DNA from: an uncultured euryarchaeote
GTDB lineage: Archaea > Thermoplasmatota > Poseidoniia > Poseidoniales > Poseidoniaceae
Assembly: GCA_937899865.1 (NCBI GenBank)
Contig: CALBRH010000044.1
Location: forward strand, 32,001-96,000
Reading direction: 5' to 3'
Length of the DNA: 64,000 nucleotides
Below, piece by piece: positions 37,666 to 47,610 of this stretch. Every line of letters begins with the position of its first letter. Positions within the stretch are counted from its first letter, which is position 1. The translations under genes were made by a program, and so were the position numbers. Under the pieces are notes generated by a model. It was not told where the DNA came from, did no database searches, and worked only from the letters and a program-made list of their open reading frames with translations.

Positions 37666-38961
37666 ATGAGAGAGAGGGTGATTCGCGACGAGATTCACAA
37701 GGATATTCTTGTGCCTTTCCAACATGCTAGAATCATAGATACTAAGGAATTCCAAAGGCTTCGCTCAATTCAGCAATTATCTACTTGCGAATATGTTTTT
37801 CCTGCTGCTAATCACAATAGATTTTCTCACTCCTTAGGAGCATATCATCTGGCGTGTAAACTGACTCAACTAATTCAAGAAGTACAGCCAGGAATAATCG
37901 ATGACGACGATGCAGAATTAGTCCAACTTGCTGCATTGTTGCACGATATTGGCCATCCACCATATTCTCATTTATTGGAGACTCCAAAAGTGTTTGCAAC
38001 TTTCCATTCTCATGAGCATTGGGGCAGATTACTTCTTGAATCGGAGGAAACAGAAATTGGTAGAGTCGTTAAGGATATATTGGGAAGTAAACGTCTTGGG
38101 CGTTTATTTGCAATAATGGATGGAGATTCAGATTATGATGGTGCAGCAATACCTCCTTTCATGAAAGAAATAGTCTCTTCACAACTTGATGTAGACCGTA
38201 TGGATTATCTGGTTAGGGACCAAGCAAATACTGGTGCACAGATTGGTGGATTTGATATTGACCGAGTATTTAGGGCACTTCGAATTGGCGATGGTGGTCA
38301 TTTTCATGTTAAGGCTTGGGGGCTTCCAGCGGTTGAAGCATATTTGGTTACTAGATATCACATGTATAACCAAGTCTATTTCCATAAGGTAAATATGCTC
38401 ACACAAAATTACTTGATCAAAATGTTGTCAAGAGCGAAAGTACTTGCTCAAGAGGGCGATTTGCTGCTTGATGACAAATTAGAACATATGTTGCTTAATG
38501 AATCACTAAGTCCTTCCCAATATGCAGAATTAAATGATTCACACATTAAGGTAGTACTTGATGACTGGTCTAAGCATGATGATGAATTACTTTCGCTATA
38601 TGCTGGAAAATTACTTTCCCGAAGAGATTTTCACAAATCCCTTAGAATTGATACTCTTGACATAAATATGGTTGATTTAGTTAAGGAGAGACTTGAGAAA
38701 TTTATTCGAGACAAAGGCTATGATCCTGAAATTCATGTATTGTATGCTCGTATTTCCAAACGTGGTTACATGCCCTATAAGCAAGGAATTATGTTGGAAG
38801 ACGGTAGAGATGCATCAGAGCATTCAGCAATGATTCGTTCACTTTCATTACCTAATGAAAGAGCCATGGTATTCGTTCCTGAAGCAGTACGCGATGAAGC
38901 GGAATTAGCGGTTAGAGAATGGATTAAGCCAAGCCAGTCATCGCTTTCACAATTTGGTTAG
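37666..38961 (+). CDS. HD-domain phosphohydrolase, SAMHD1/dNTPase-like
   Basis: FQRLRSIQQL, HNRFSHSLG, ALLHDIGHPPYSH, LDVDRMDYLVRD and RYHMYNQVYFH motifs. Confidence 0.9.
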   Translation: MRERVIRDEIHKDILVPFQHARIIDTKEFQRLRSIQQLSTCEYVFPAANHNRFSHSLGAYHLACKLTQLIQEVQPGIIDDDDAELVQLAALLHDIGHPPYSHLLETPKVFATFHSHEHWGRLLLESEETEIGRVVKDILGSKRLGRLFAIMDGDSDYDGAAIPPFMKEIVSSQLDVDRMDYLVRDQANTGAQIGGFDIDRVFRALRIGDGGHFHVKAWGLPAVEAYLVTRYHMYNQVYFHKVNMLTQNYLIKMLSRAKVLAQEGDLLLDDKLEHMLLNESLSPSQYAELNDSHIKVVLDDWSKHDDELLSLYAGKLLSRRDFHKSLRIDTLDINMVDLVKERLEKFIRDKGYDPEIHVLYARISKRGYMPYKQGIMLEDGRDASEHSAMIRSLSLPNERAMVFVPEAVRDEAELAVREWIKPSQSSLSQFG

Positions 38962-39001
38962 TTGGAACATTTTATGACTGAGCGGCATGACGGGCGGCTA
39001 A

Positions 39002-39078
39002 GGGCCTGTAGCTTAGTTGGTTAGAGCACCCGGCTCATAACCGGGCGGTCAAGGGTTCAAATCCCTTCGGGCCCACCA
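39002..39078 (+). tRNA. tRNA with CAT anticodon, probably tRNA-Ile2 (agmatidine type), with encoded CCA
   Basis: GGGCCTG...CCCGG-CTCATAA-CCGGG...AAGGG-TTCAAAT-CCCTT-CGGGCCC-A-CCA. The GGGC acceptor stem resembles archaeal Ile2 rather than initiator Met (A1-U72). tRNA call is firm; Ile2 versus elongator Met is inferred. Confidence 0.9.
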
Positions 39079-39167
39079 AATTGAATCTTTATTTTGTCAG
39101 AATTATTGGCCATATTCCCACAATGGTTATGAGTGTCACACAACTGGGAGTGATAATAGGTGAGACT

Positions 39168-40103
39168 GTGTCAACTGTAAAGCGCGCTTCATTTCTCTTG
39201 ACTTTGTATATATTTTCGATGCTAGCGGTAGCGGCTCCTGCTGCTGCTCAAAACCCAACTCCAACTGCGGCTATTTCCGTTACTTGTGCCCCTTCTAACA
39301 TCAATGTAGAAGTAAAACCAGGTTCAACATACTCAGGTTTTACAACATGTACTGCTACCAATCCAACTGCTTACCAAGAAAAGGTTAGTATCAACGTACA
39401 AGCCGATGGTTTGGCAACTGCAGCACCAGGTGACATGTATGTAGGTGCTGGCGATTCAGTGGATTTCCAAGTATCTGTTAGAGCAACACCTTACATGAGG
39501 ATGGATGCAAGAACCCTTTCAGTTTCAGCTACAGTGCAAGAAATTAATGGTTTCCCACCAGCAAACTCAGCATCTTCTAACAACAACATGATTGTTAACA
39601 TCATGCAATATTCACTTGTCCAAGTTGAAGCAACTGAGCCATTCGTTCAATTGATGCCAAAGACTGACAAAATATTTGAGTTCAAAGTTTACAATCTCGG
39701 CAACCAAATAGATTTCATGAAGGTTGGTGTAACTGATACCTATCGTAAGACACTAGAAGAAACTGGTTTCACAATTACTCTTCCTGCTGTTAAGAAGCAA
39801 GTAGATGCAACACCAACTCCAGCAAGCGTTGAGGTGAAGGTTAGAACACCTAAGACTCAAGGATGGAGCGATGCTTACCACGTACTCGATTTCTATGCTG
39901 AGTCTGAGTTTGCTTGTAACAACGGCGGCTGTATCACAGAATCACAGATGATTACTATTTACGTTAGAGGTATTTATCTGCCAGGTTTTGAAATTATTCC
40001 AGCTCTTTCAATGATCGCTCTTGCAGCAGCAGTTGCCGGTCGCAGATTTATCAACATTGATGATGAAGAAGATGAATGGCGCGAATCAGCACCAGGTCTG
40101 TGA
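39168..40103 (+). CDS. Secreted surface protein (choice-of-anchor T-like) with PGF-type C-terminal sorting segment
   Basis: GTG 39168 preceded by GGTGAG; signal ending AAPAAA; Ig-like strands; LPGFEIIPALSMIALAAAVAGRR followed by an acidic tail. Confidence 0.7.
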   Translation: MSTVKRASFLLTLYIFSMLAVAAPAAAQNPTPTAAISVTCAPSNINVEVKPGSTYSGFTTCTATNPTAYQEKVSINVQADGLATAAPGDMYVGAGDSVDFQVSVRATPYMRMDARTLSVSATVQEINGFPPANSASSNNNMIVNIMQYSLVQVEATEPFVQLMPKTDKIFEFKVYNLGNQIDFMKVGVTDTYRKTLEETGFTITLPAVKKQVDATPTPASVEVKVRTPKTQGWSDAYHVLDFYAESEFACNNGGCITESQMITIYVRGIYLPGFEIIPALSMIALAAAVAGRRFINIDDEEDEWRESAPGL

Positions 40104-40123
40104 ATAATTAGACATAGCCTTCA

Positions 40124-40154
40124 AAACGCATCCTTTCGATGCTTGTATGCGTTT
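40124..40154 (+). terminator. Stem-loop downstream of the surface protein gene
   Basis: AAACGCAT...ATGCGTTT with an alternative inner GCATC-N5-GATGC stem. Confidence 0.4.
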
Positions 40155-40198
40155 AATTCATAACTTGTACTTGTAGTCCACGAGTTTGGGGAAGACCT

Positions 40199-41500
40199 AT
40201 GAGTGGACTATTAGACAAAGCAAAGACTGCCTCATCATCTGAAGAAAAGGCTACTAAAGCGGACACTAAAGAAGCAAAACAAGCCAGTAGTGCTGGCTTA
40301 CTGACAAAGGCAGATTCTAAGCCACAAAAAAAGCAAGCAGCAAAATCTGATTCATCACCGCCAAAAACCCAAGCATCAAAGCCAGGCGCAGCAGAAGATG
40401 GCCCTGACATTCCAATGATACTCAATCTCGCTGGTTGGGTAATTATTGTTCTTGGAGCAATCTTTTCACTTCAAGGTGGGGGTTTTGGCCTCATTGTAGT
40501 CCTAATTGTTTTGGCACTGGGTATTGGTTCAATTGTTCAATCTCAGAAAATGACAGGTGGTATTTCACCGTTGAAGACAGGGTTATCAGTTGCTTTAGCA
40601 TTTGTAATAGCAGTTGGCCCGTATGCAGCAATTATGATCGTACCTACCAATGCATCAATGGCAGTTACAGAAGTTAGTATTGATGAAGATGAAGATGTAA
40701 TTTCATTTGTTGTAAGAGGTAGTTTCTCTGAGGCAGATGCTAAGATTTTTGCTGATTCAACCGAAGTATGGTCAGGAAGTAAATCAATGAGCAACGATAG
40801 AGCAAGTTTTGATGTTCCAATTGCCACTATTTTCCAAGGTAATTCTCTAGACTACACAGCAAATGTTGTCAAAGAGTATACTATTGAAGTTGAATCTTCA
40901 GATGGGCAGAAAATTACTACTGATATCGATCCTGACTTTACTACCAGAGAGGTTTTGGATTCTGCAACTAGGATAACTAAGGTTTCCAAGACCTCGACCA
41001 GTAGTAACGGAGGTACAACAACGACTTCCACTGTAACAGATGGAATTACTATCGAAGCAATAGTTGGCTTATTCTCACCTAGTGAAAGTGCACAAGATGA
41101 TGGTGGACACAGTTTAGAAAACTTAGGACTGATCCCAGTCACTTCAGATTATACTTTCAAAATGACCGTCAAAAAGGGTAGCAGTACTGAATACATTATG
41201 CCTACTGTAACCGTAAGTGGTTTAGATGCATCTTGGACAGGTACTTTCTCAGGAGGCACACAAACTGGTAAGGCCAATGGATGGCTTGGAATGCCAGGTA
41301 CTGCACAAAATGACTTGGGTACTGAATATTTACAAAAGGATGATTTCTATGATGGTTCAGGATGTTATTCCTTTGAGATAGAGATCACAAATCAGTATTA
41401 TGCTGGCGATTCTGCTACAATCTATACCTCAACTAACAGCTGGGAATTAGATTGGCATTCTGAAGACTCTACTCAAGATGGCGAGATGACAACTTGTTAA
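40199..41500 (+). CDS. Hypothetical membrane protein with disordered N-terminus, about 3-4 TMs and a large beta-rich external domain
   Basis: K/A/S-rich N-terminus, hydrophobic block, then a T/S/D-rich domain with two Cys. Confidence 0.75.
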   Translation: MSGLLDKAKTASSSEEKATKADTKEAKQASSAGLLTKADSKPQKKQAAKSDSSPPKTQASKPGAAEDGPDIPMILNLAGWVIIVLGAIFSLQGGGFGLIVVLIVLALGIGSIVQSQKMTGGISPLKTGLSVALAFVIAVGPYAAIMIVPTNASMAVTEVSIDEDEDVISFVVRGSFSEADAKIFADSTEVWSGSKSMSNDRASFDVPIATIFQGNSLDYTANVVKEYTIEVESSDGQKITTDIDPDFTTREVLDSATRITKVSKTSTSSNGGTTTTSTVTDGITIEAIVGLFSPSESAQDDGGHSLENLGLIPVTSDYTFKMTVKKGSSTEYIMPTVTVSGLDASWTGTFSGGTQTGKANGWLGMPGTAQNDLGTEYLQKDDFYDGSGCYSFEIEITNQYYAGDSATIYTSTNSWELDWHSEDSTQDGEMTTC

Positions 41501-41617
41501 GCAGATAAGTTCGCAAAGAATCTTTGATTTGCAACGGTCTTGAATTGTGTTAGATGCAATTTTAACAAAATATAACTTTACGGGATTTTTTAAATACCTA
41601 AGTATTATGTAACTACT

Positions 41618-43549
41618 ATGCAGAAGAATAGTTTGATTGCGATATTTCTTATTATTATAATGGCTTTAAGCACTACATTATCACCCGTCGACCAACTTGA
41701 ATCGAATGATGTCCAAGGTGTTGAAGGAAGACAAAATACCCCTTTAATAACTAACTTCACACAATTCAATCAAGACCTACAAGATCTAAATGATCGTTGG
41801 TCTCTTCAAGGTGGATTACAAGCGGCAGTTTTTCATAATGGGAGTTTAGTTTATGCTAATTCATTTGGAAATGCAGTCTCAGATAATACCGGGCAGATTT
41901 TGATGCAAAATCACCATCAAATGAGAATTGCAAGTCTATCAAAGGCAATTACTGCAGCAGCAATTCAAACCTTAGTAGTTAGTGGTGATATTACATTAAA
42001 TGATAAAATGATTGATTTACTTCCAGAAGAACAATTGCCAGGTACGTTAGAAGGGTGTGAATATCCGCAACATTCAGATCAATACTTAGATGCAGGCCCA
42101 GATAATATTGAGGGTAATGATAATGATGTTTATTGGGGCATTCATAATATTACTGTGTCTCATTTGATAAACATGAGAAATGGAATAGGTCTCACACCAA
42201 CAAATACAACAAATTGGCACTATGCTAACCACTGGGTGGATGATAGTACTTCTTGGGATGGGGCAAATAATGCTTGTATTGACCACGAATCAGTCGCAGA
42301 AGAATATGATAATGGATTTCTTGCACCTGTAAAAATTGAAACCACTATTAGAGAAACTCTTAGATTACCAATGAGTTCAATTCCTGGTACAGAACATGTA
42401 TATTCAAATATAGGTTACAGAATATTAGGTGAAATAATAGAAGAGGCATCAGGTCTTGAATATGAGGATTATGTTAAGCAATATGTTCTTGAACCAATGG
42501 GAATAAATAATTTACAACTAGGTAAATCATTACTTGCTGATAAGGCTGAAGATGAAGTGATATATTATGATAGATTTGGAACAACAAGTGTCAGTTTCTT
42601 TCCATTAAATACTAATGATGGTTCTAATGAAGTAGTAGATTTTGGAGATTCAAGTTCTACGCCCAAACCATATGGTGGTCGTGCGCCAATGGAAGAATTG
42701 GCAGCTAGTGGAGGTTGGATTGCCAATGCAATTAGTTATGGCCGTTTTATTTCTTATTTAGATGGCACTTTACACCATCCTAATTTTGATGATTCTTTCA
42801 ATTTTACAATTAATAATCCATTTTTTACATCTACAAGTGGAGCTCCTTATGGTGCTGGAATATATGTTAATTTGAATGATAATTCTAACGGTGAAACTTG
42901 GTGGCATACCGGTTCTTTACCAAGTTTTACTTCGACTAAGTTTGACCGCAAATTAGTACATGATGAGCCAGTAGTAGTTGTTTTATTGACTAATTCAGCA
43001 CCGGGAAGTGATCAAGAAATAACCGTAAACGGTCAAAATCTTGAATGGTGGGAAGATAGAAGGAATGTAATGCAAACTGCATTTACAACAATAGATTATC
43101 AAAACTTAGACACTGGCAGAGATTCCGATAGGCCATTGGTTTATGACGAATCATCACCATGTCCTCCTGGAACCTCTGAACAAGGTTCAGGAGCACATAT
43201 AATTCTCTTTGGACCTCCACAAATGAAGTGCTATTACATTGATCAAATGGGTAAAAAAGGTCCTGTTTTTGATGAAGAAAAAGGATGGCAAAAATGTCCA
43301 GAAGGCACATCTACATCTGGTGTTGGTGATCCAAATTTCTATCTCTGGAACGAAGGCGGAGGTTACATAATTTGTTATCTAGATGAAGAACTTCATCCAG
43401 AAGAAGAGCCTTGTCCTGAAGGAGAAGTGCTCAATGATGATAACCGGTGCGTCAAAGAGAGTCGAGCAATCAATTCAGTAGGTGCAGTTTGGACTATTGT
43501 TTGTATTCTATGGGCAGTCCTCATGAGTAGAAGATATCGGATAAATTAG
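41618..43549 (+). CDS. Secreted serine hydrolase, beta-lactamase/PBP fold, with Cys-rich C-terminal region and TM anchor
   Basis: RIASLSK (SxxK), YSNIGY (YxN) and WHTGS (HTG) motifs; signal peptide; CPPGT/CPEGT/CPEGE repeats; TM plus RRYR. Confidence 0.88.
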   Translation: MQKNSLIAIFLIIIMALSTTLSPVDQLESNDVQGVEGRQNTPLITNFTQFNQDLQDLNDRWSLQGGLQAAVFHNGSLVYANSFGNAVSDNTGQILMQNHHQMRIASLSKAITAAAIQTLVVSGDITLNDKMIDLLPEEQLPGTLEGCEYPQHSDQYLDAGPDNIEGNDNDVYWGIHNITVSHLINMRNGIGLTPTNTTNWHYANHWVDDSTSWDGANNACIDHESVAEEYDNGFLAPVKIETTIRETLRLPMSSIPGTEHVYSNIGYRILGEIIEEASGLEYEDYVKQYVLEPMGINNLQLGKSLLADKAEDEVIYYDRFGTTSVSFFPLNTNDGSNEVVDFGDSSSTPKPYGGRAPMEELAASGGWIANAISYGRFISYLDGTLHHPNFDDSFNFTINNPFFTSTSGAPYGAGIYVNLNDNSNGETWWHTGSLPSFTSTKFDRKLVHDEPVVVVLLTNSAPGSDQEITVNGQNLEWWEDRRNVMQTAFTTIDYQNLDTGRDSDRPLVYDESSPCPPGTSEQGSGAHIILFGPPQMKCYYIDQMGKKGPVFDEEKGWQKCPEGTSTSGVGDPNFYLWNEGGGYIICYLDEELHPEEEPCPEGEVLNDDNRCVKESRAINSVGAVWTIVCILWAVLMSRRYRIN

Positions 43550-43611
43550 ATTCATAGATAATCAAATTGAACAGGTATTGCAAGGATTCTATATTGAATC
43601 TATACTAATTA

Positions 43612-45360
43612 CTATTCAGTATTTTCTTCATTTGAATCAGCAGATTCGATTGATTCCTCTATTGCTTCATTATCATAATCCTTCTCTTCTTCAACTGCGG
43701 TGATTTTCTTTGCAGATACTCTGGTGAAGATTATTGTAGCAATAACGATTACAATTACAATTGCCGCATAAAGTATTATTGGTGCATCATCTCTATCTTC
43801 TGCATCTTTAAATGATACTTGTTCTGATTCTGTTCCCGATGAAGAAGTTAAATCATCAGCTAATGAGTTGAAAAATGATGGAACAGATGCTTTACAGTTG
43901 AGTGATTTGGCTCCGGAGGCATTGGCGTACCATACAGCAGGAACATCTTTGGTTTGACCTGCTTCAAGACTGACAAATATTGTTGCCATATCAGCTTCGT
44001 CTACCCCCTCAAAGCATCTAATATTTGTCGCAACATCTACAGTTCCGGTATTAGAAACAGTTAGCATGACGCCAAGTCCTTTGTCAACAGTACCTTGATT
44101 ATCCTCAGGTACTACTTTGTCAACCACTACAAATGGTAATTCTACATTTGCAGTATAGGTGGGAGTTGTAGGTGCAGGGTCGAGAGTAATTGAATAATCG
44201 CTATTCCAAACACTTGTACCGCCATTAAGGGTAATCATAATCATTCCATCTTCTTGATGAAGAGTTCCTGAACTATCGACCCATTCTGTCATTCTGAGGT
44301 ACTTGCTAATCTCAGGATTATTGTTTAGGCCAAGATCTATTGCACCATTATCATCAAGAATCAAATCACCATCGCTTCCTAGATATCCTAATCCTTCATA
44401 ATGTACGGTAGATGGTGCATCTTTGAGGTTGGTATTGATTACTCTTTGAGAAAGTAACCTAATCCACATGTCTGTTGGACCACCAGTTCCTGTCATGGAA
44501 TTAGTATCGTAGTCAATCATTGCTGTATCATGAACGATAATGTCTTCATAGGTTCTACTGCCATTGATTATGCTTGTTTCCATAGCAAGCATAGCACCGT
44601 CATTAACATTGATTGGAGCGCTCCATGAAAGAGTACTATTTTCAAAGGAACAAGAGCCACTACAGGATATGTCTGCACCAGAAATCGTTCCACCGATTGA
44701 ATTCAATTCACCTTCTACATTAATTGTAAAAGCAGCCCCAGTTTCTTCAGTTTTTAGCACACCATTGCTGTGGATCCATTCATCAGCATCAAGTGTATAG
44801 ATTACTCCATTGCTGTCAAAAGCTTGGATAGAATCAATCCATACTGGGAAAAGCCAAAAACCGCTAAAATTAACATCGATTGCAGCGTCTTGAAATTCCA
44901 CACTATAGTCGATATAATCTTCACCAGTCCAGGTAATGTTTGTTCCTCCAACTGACACATTTACTTCCATTGAACTAAAGTATTCCTTCGCCATATTGAT
45001 TCTCATGGTTCCTGTATCAGTAAGTCCGTTGAAGTAAGGTTGAATTGTTGTTCCATTGTAAACTTCCATGAAAAGTTCATTTGTTAAATCAGCAGAATTT
45101 AGTTCACTATTCAATACAAGATTGCCCCCCTCTTGGATTGTAATAGTACTACCAGTTTCAACACTGATGATACCATCTATTGTTAATACTCCTCCATCTG
45201 ATATGATTACATCACCATCTAATGAAGCATCACTAGACCATGTTTCAGAGTTGGTGATTGTTTGAGTTGAGCCATCATTTTGTGCCTCGGCTAAGGCAGC
45301 AGGGCTCAAAAGAACAGTTGTAATCATCATCAATGCAACTAATGTGGTATTCACACGCAT
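43612..45360 (-). CDS. Secreted surface protein with beta-helix-like N-terminus, CARDB-like domain and C-terminal TM
   Basis: Signal peptide; ETWSSDASLDGDVIISDGGVLTI; VSNTGTVD...LEAGQT (CARDB-like); TM and acidic tail. Confidence 0.7.
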   Translation of the reverse strand: MRVNTTLVALMMITTVLLSPAALAEAQNDGSTQTITNSETWSSDASLDGDVIISDGGVLTIDGIISVETGSTITIQEGGNLVLNSELNSADLTNELFMEVYNGTTIQPYFNGLTDTGTMRINMAKEYFSSMEVNVSVGGTNITWTGEDYIDYSVEFQDAAIDVNFSGFWLFPVWIDSIQAFDSNGVIYTLDADEWIHSNGVLKTEETGAAFTINVEGELNSIGGTISGADISCSGSCSFENSTLSWSAPINVNDGAMLAMETSIINGSRTYEDIIVHDTAMIDYDTNSMTGTGGPTDMWIRLLSQRVINTNLKDAPSTVHYEGLGYLGSDGDLILDDNGAIDLGLNNNPEISKYLRMTEWVDSSGTLHQEDGMIMITLNGGTSVWNSDYSITLDPAPTTPTYTANVELPFVVVDKVVPEDNQGTVDKGLGVMLTVSNTGTVDVATNIRCFEGVDEADMATIFVSLEAGQTKDVPAVWYANASGAKSLNCKASVPSFFNSLADDLTSSSGTESEQVSFKDAEDRDDAPIILYAAIVIVIVIATIIFTRVSAKKITAVEEEKDYDNEAIEESIESADSNEENTE

Positions 45361-45421
45361 AGTTTAGACTCAAGCAAGTCATTCAAGAAACCTTTGCCGA
45401 ATTTACTTACAATGGTAGCGA

Positions 45422-46099
45422 TTAGTAAGGCACGTCTTTCCAACCAATATAGTATCCAATGAGATTAAATGACCGATGAAGAATTGGTGTGATTATTATC
45501 ATAATTATCATTGGAACAATAAGCTCGCTTTGTGATAACAATGAATCGCCTAAGAATAATTGGCCCCATAAGAACACCATGATGGCGAATGGTAATGTGT
45601 CTAATAGTGGTGCTTTGGATGAAATCTCTCCTTCTCTTTTCAGGCCTCTTCGGCGCTTGAAAAATGATCCCGTACTGTCGCCAACTAAACAAGCAAATCC
45701 GAGGAAAGTCCCTAAAACAAACGCCGATAAATTGGCTGAACCAAAATCAAACCATGTCCCTTCATATCCAGTTAAGGGATGAGCAAAGATACCAGATTCA
45801 ACAGTTTCCGAAGTCGGTGCATCACCCATTGATGCAACGATTATCACACACAATATTCCGGATGTAATTGAGCCTCCAATAAGCCCATTCCAGGTTTTCC
45901 CATCACCAAGAATCCGATTTCCATCTTTCCAATTTCTACCACCGTCAATAGGCCATGGCCCATAACCGGTTTTTGGTAACCATTTGCCCCACATCATGGC
46001 AAATGTATTTGCTAAAAATCCTGGGAGATATAGCCATAGAGTCATTATGCTTAATGATAAAATTCCTAAGTCAAGTGCTACATCATTGACTGTTTGCAT
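45422..46099 (-). CDS. carS: CDP-archaeol synthase
   Basis: PIDGGRNWKDGNRILGDGKTWNG and GDSTGSFFKRRRG...APLLDTL motifs. Confidence 0.93.
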   Translation of the reverse strand: MQTVNDVALDLGILSLSIMTLWLYLPGFLANTFAMMWGKWLPKTGYGPWPIDGGRNWKDGNRILGDGKTWNGLIGGSITSGILCVIIVASMGDAPTSETVESGIFAHPLTGYEGTWFDFGSANLSAFVLGTFLGFACLVGDSTGSFFKRRRGLKREGEISSKAPLLDTLPFAIMVFLWGQLFLGDSLLSQSELIVPMIIMIIITPILHRSFNLIGYYIGWKDVPY

Positions 46100-46194
46100 G
46101 ATGTGGCGTTTAATTGAAGGCCTTTAACATTTGACGGAATTGATAGTTTATTTTGGTAAAATAGATTATCAATCGTTTGCATCAACACTATGTT

Positions 46195-47466
46195 ATGGGC
46201 GACAGAAAAGTCTTGGTTATTGGGGGTGGCGGAAGAGAACATGCTCTATGTTTAGGGCTGCATAACTCTGCTCAGGTTTCAGAAATATATTGTAGTCCAG
46301 GCAATGCAGGAACGAAGATGTTGGCTAAGAATGTCGACTTAAGCAATAACGATAATTCAACAATTGTTGAATTTTGTCAAGATAATTCGATTGATTTGGT
46401 AGTTGTCGGGCCTGAAGCTCCTCTTTGCAATTCTTTAGCAGATGTATTGGCTGAAGAAAAAATTCCATGTTTTGGGCCAATTGGATTGTTAGCAAACTTG
46501 GAAGGCTCTAAGTTGCACGCTAAAGAGATCATGCAATTAGTCGGTGTTCCTACCGCAGGCTTTCAGATACTCGATTCGGATTCTGATATTGAATCAGCAC
46601 TTGACAAATATTCTGCTAATCCTTGGGTCATTAAAAGAGATGTTTTAGCCGGTGGCAAAGGAGTAGTTGTAACCAGTGATTTTTCCGAAGCAAAAGAGTT
46701 CATAATTAATTCAATAAATTCCGATGGCAAGGTTTTGCTTGAGGAATTTCTTCCAGGTGAAGAAGCCAGTATGTTGGTAGTGATGGATGGTTCTGACTTT
46801 GTTTGTCTTCCAGCGAGCCAAGACCATAAACGTGCATATGACGGAGATGAAGGGCCCAATACTGGTGGGATGGGTGCTTATTGTCCAGCTCCGGTTATTA
46901 CTGATGTGATACATGAGAGAGTAGTTTCTAGAATTGTAAAGCCAATGTTTGACTATTTATCAAATCTTGACACACCGTACCGTGGTGTGCTTTATGTTGG
47001 GCTAATGATTACTGAAAATGGTGATCCAAATATAGTAGAATTCAATGTTAGATTTGGCGACCCAGAATGCCAAATCACGCTACCACTTATCAAAACTGAT
47101 TTGTTTGATGTCTTGTTTCATGCATCGATTGACAGGCTTGCGGATTTAGATGTTGAATTTCATAATGCCCATGCATTAACGGTAGTTTTAGCGTCAGAAG
47201 GATATCCAAGTAAGCCAATCAAGGGAAGAAAAATATCCGGACTAAATTTGGAAATACCCAAATTAAACATGGGAGACAGTTGGGTTAATTTTGCAGGAGT
47301 AAAACAAGAAGGTCAAGACTATTTCTCAAGTGGTGGTAGAGTGCTTTCCTGCAGCGCTATTGCAAGTTCATTGAGCGAAGCAGCTGAATTATCTTATCAA
47401 TTGATGAACTCAATAACACTTGAAGGTAGTCATTATCGATTAGATATTGGAGGAAAAGCACTATGA
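46195..47466 (+). CDS. purD: Phosphoribosylamine-glycine ligase
   Basis: KVLVIGGGGREHA, PGNAG, VVGPEAPL, LEGSK, QDHKRAYDGDEGPNTGGMGAY, EFNVRFGDPE and GGRVL motifs; start at ATG 46195. Confidence 0.97.
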   Translation: MGDRKVLVIGGGGREHALCLGLHNSAQVSEIYCSPGNAGTKMLAKNVDLSNNDNSTIVEFCQDNSIDLVVVGPEAPLCNSLADVLAEEKIPCFGPIGLLANLEGSKLHAKEIMQLVGVPTAGFQILDSDSDIESALDKYSANPWVIKRDVLAGGKGVVVTSDFSEAKEFIINSINSDGKVLLEEFLPGEEASMLVVMDGSDFVCLPASQDHKRAYDGDEGPNTGGMGAYCPAPVITDVIHERVVSRIVKPMFDYLSNLDTPYRGVLYVGLMITENGDPNIVEFNVRFGDPECQITLPLIKTDLFDVLFHASIDRLADLDVEFHNAHALTVVLASEGYPSKPIKGRKISGLNLEIPKLNMGDSWVNFAGVKQEGQDYFSSGGRVLSCSAIASSLSEAAELSYQLMNSITLEGSHYRLDIGGKAL

Positions 47467-47610
47467 TTTTTTCTCTCATCATTTAATGTCTAAAACGCTT
47501 ACTGCGGGAATATGAGCAATAGTAATGTGCGTCACTATTAAAAGAGGTTCTAAAGTGGCCAACTTGCTCCAGCCTTTAGGCTGTCGCTAAACACCGATGA
47601 GGGAAAAAAA

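Noticed and set aside
3138-39078. Integrated mobile element at the tRNA genes
   Set aside because: No integrase, transposase or duplicated tRNA 3' end is visible in the window.
41514-41526. CAAAGA-A-TCTTTG palindrome sharing CAAAG/CTTTG arms with the 29224 site
   Set aside because: Spacer lengths differ and the 5-6 bp arms are short enough to arise by chance.
27434-43549. Beta-lactam biosynthesis/resistance cluster (IPNS-like plus beta-lactamase-like)
   Set aside because: The genes are 13 kb apart, there is no ACV synthetase/NRPS, and both families are broad.
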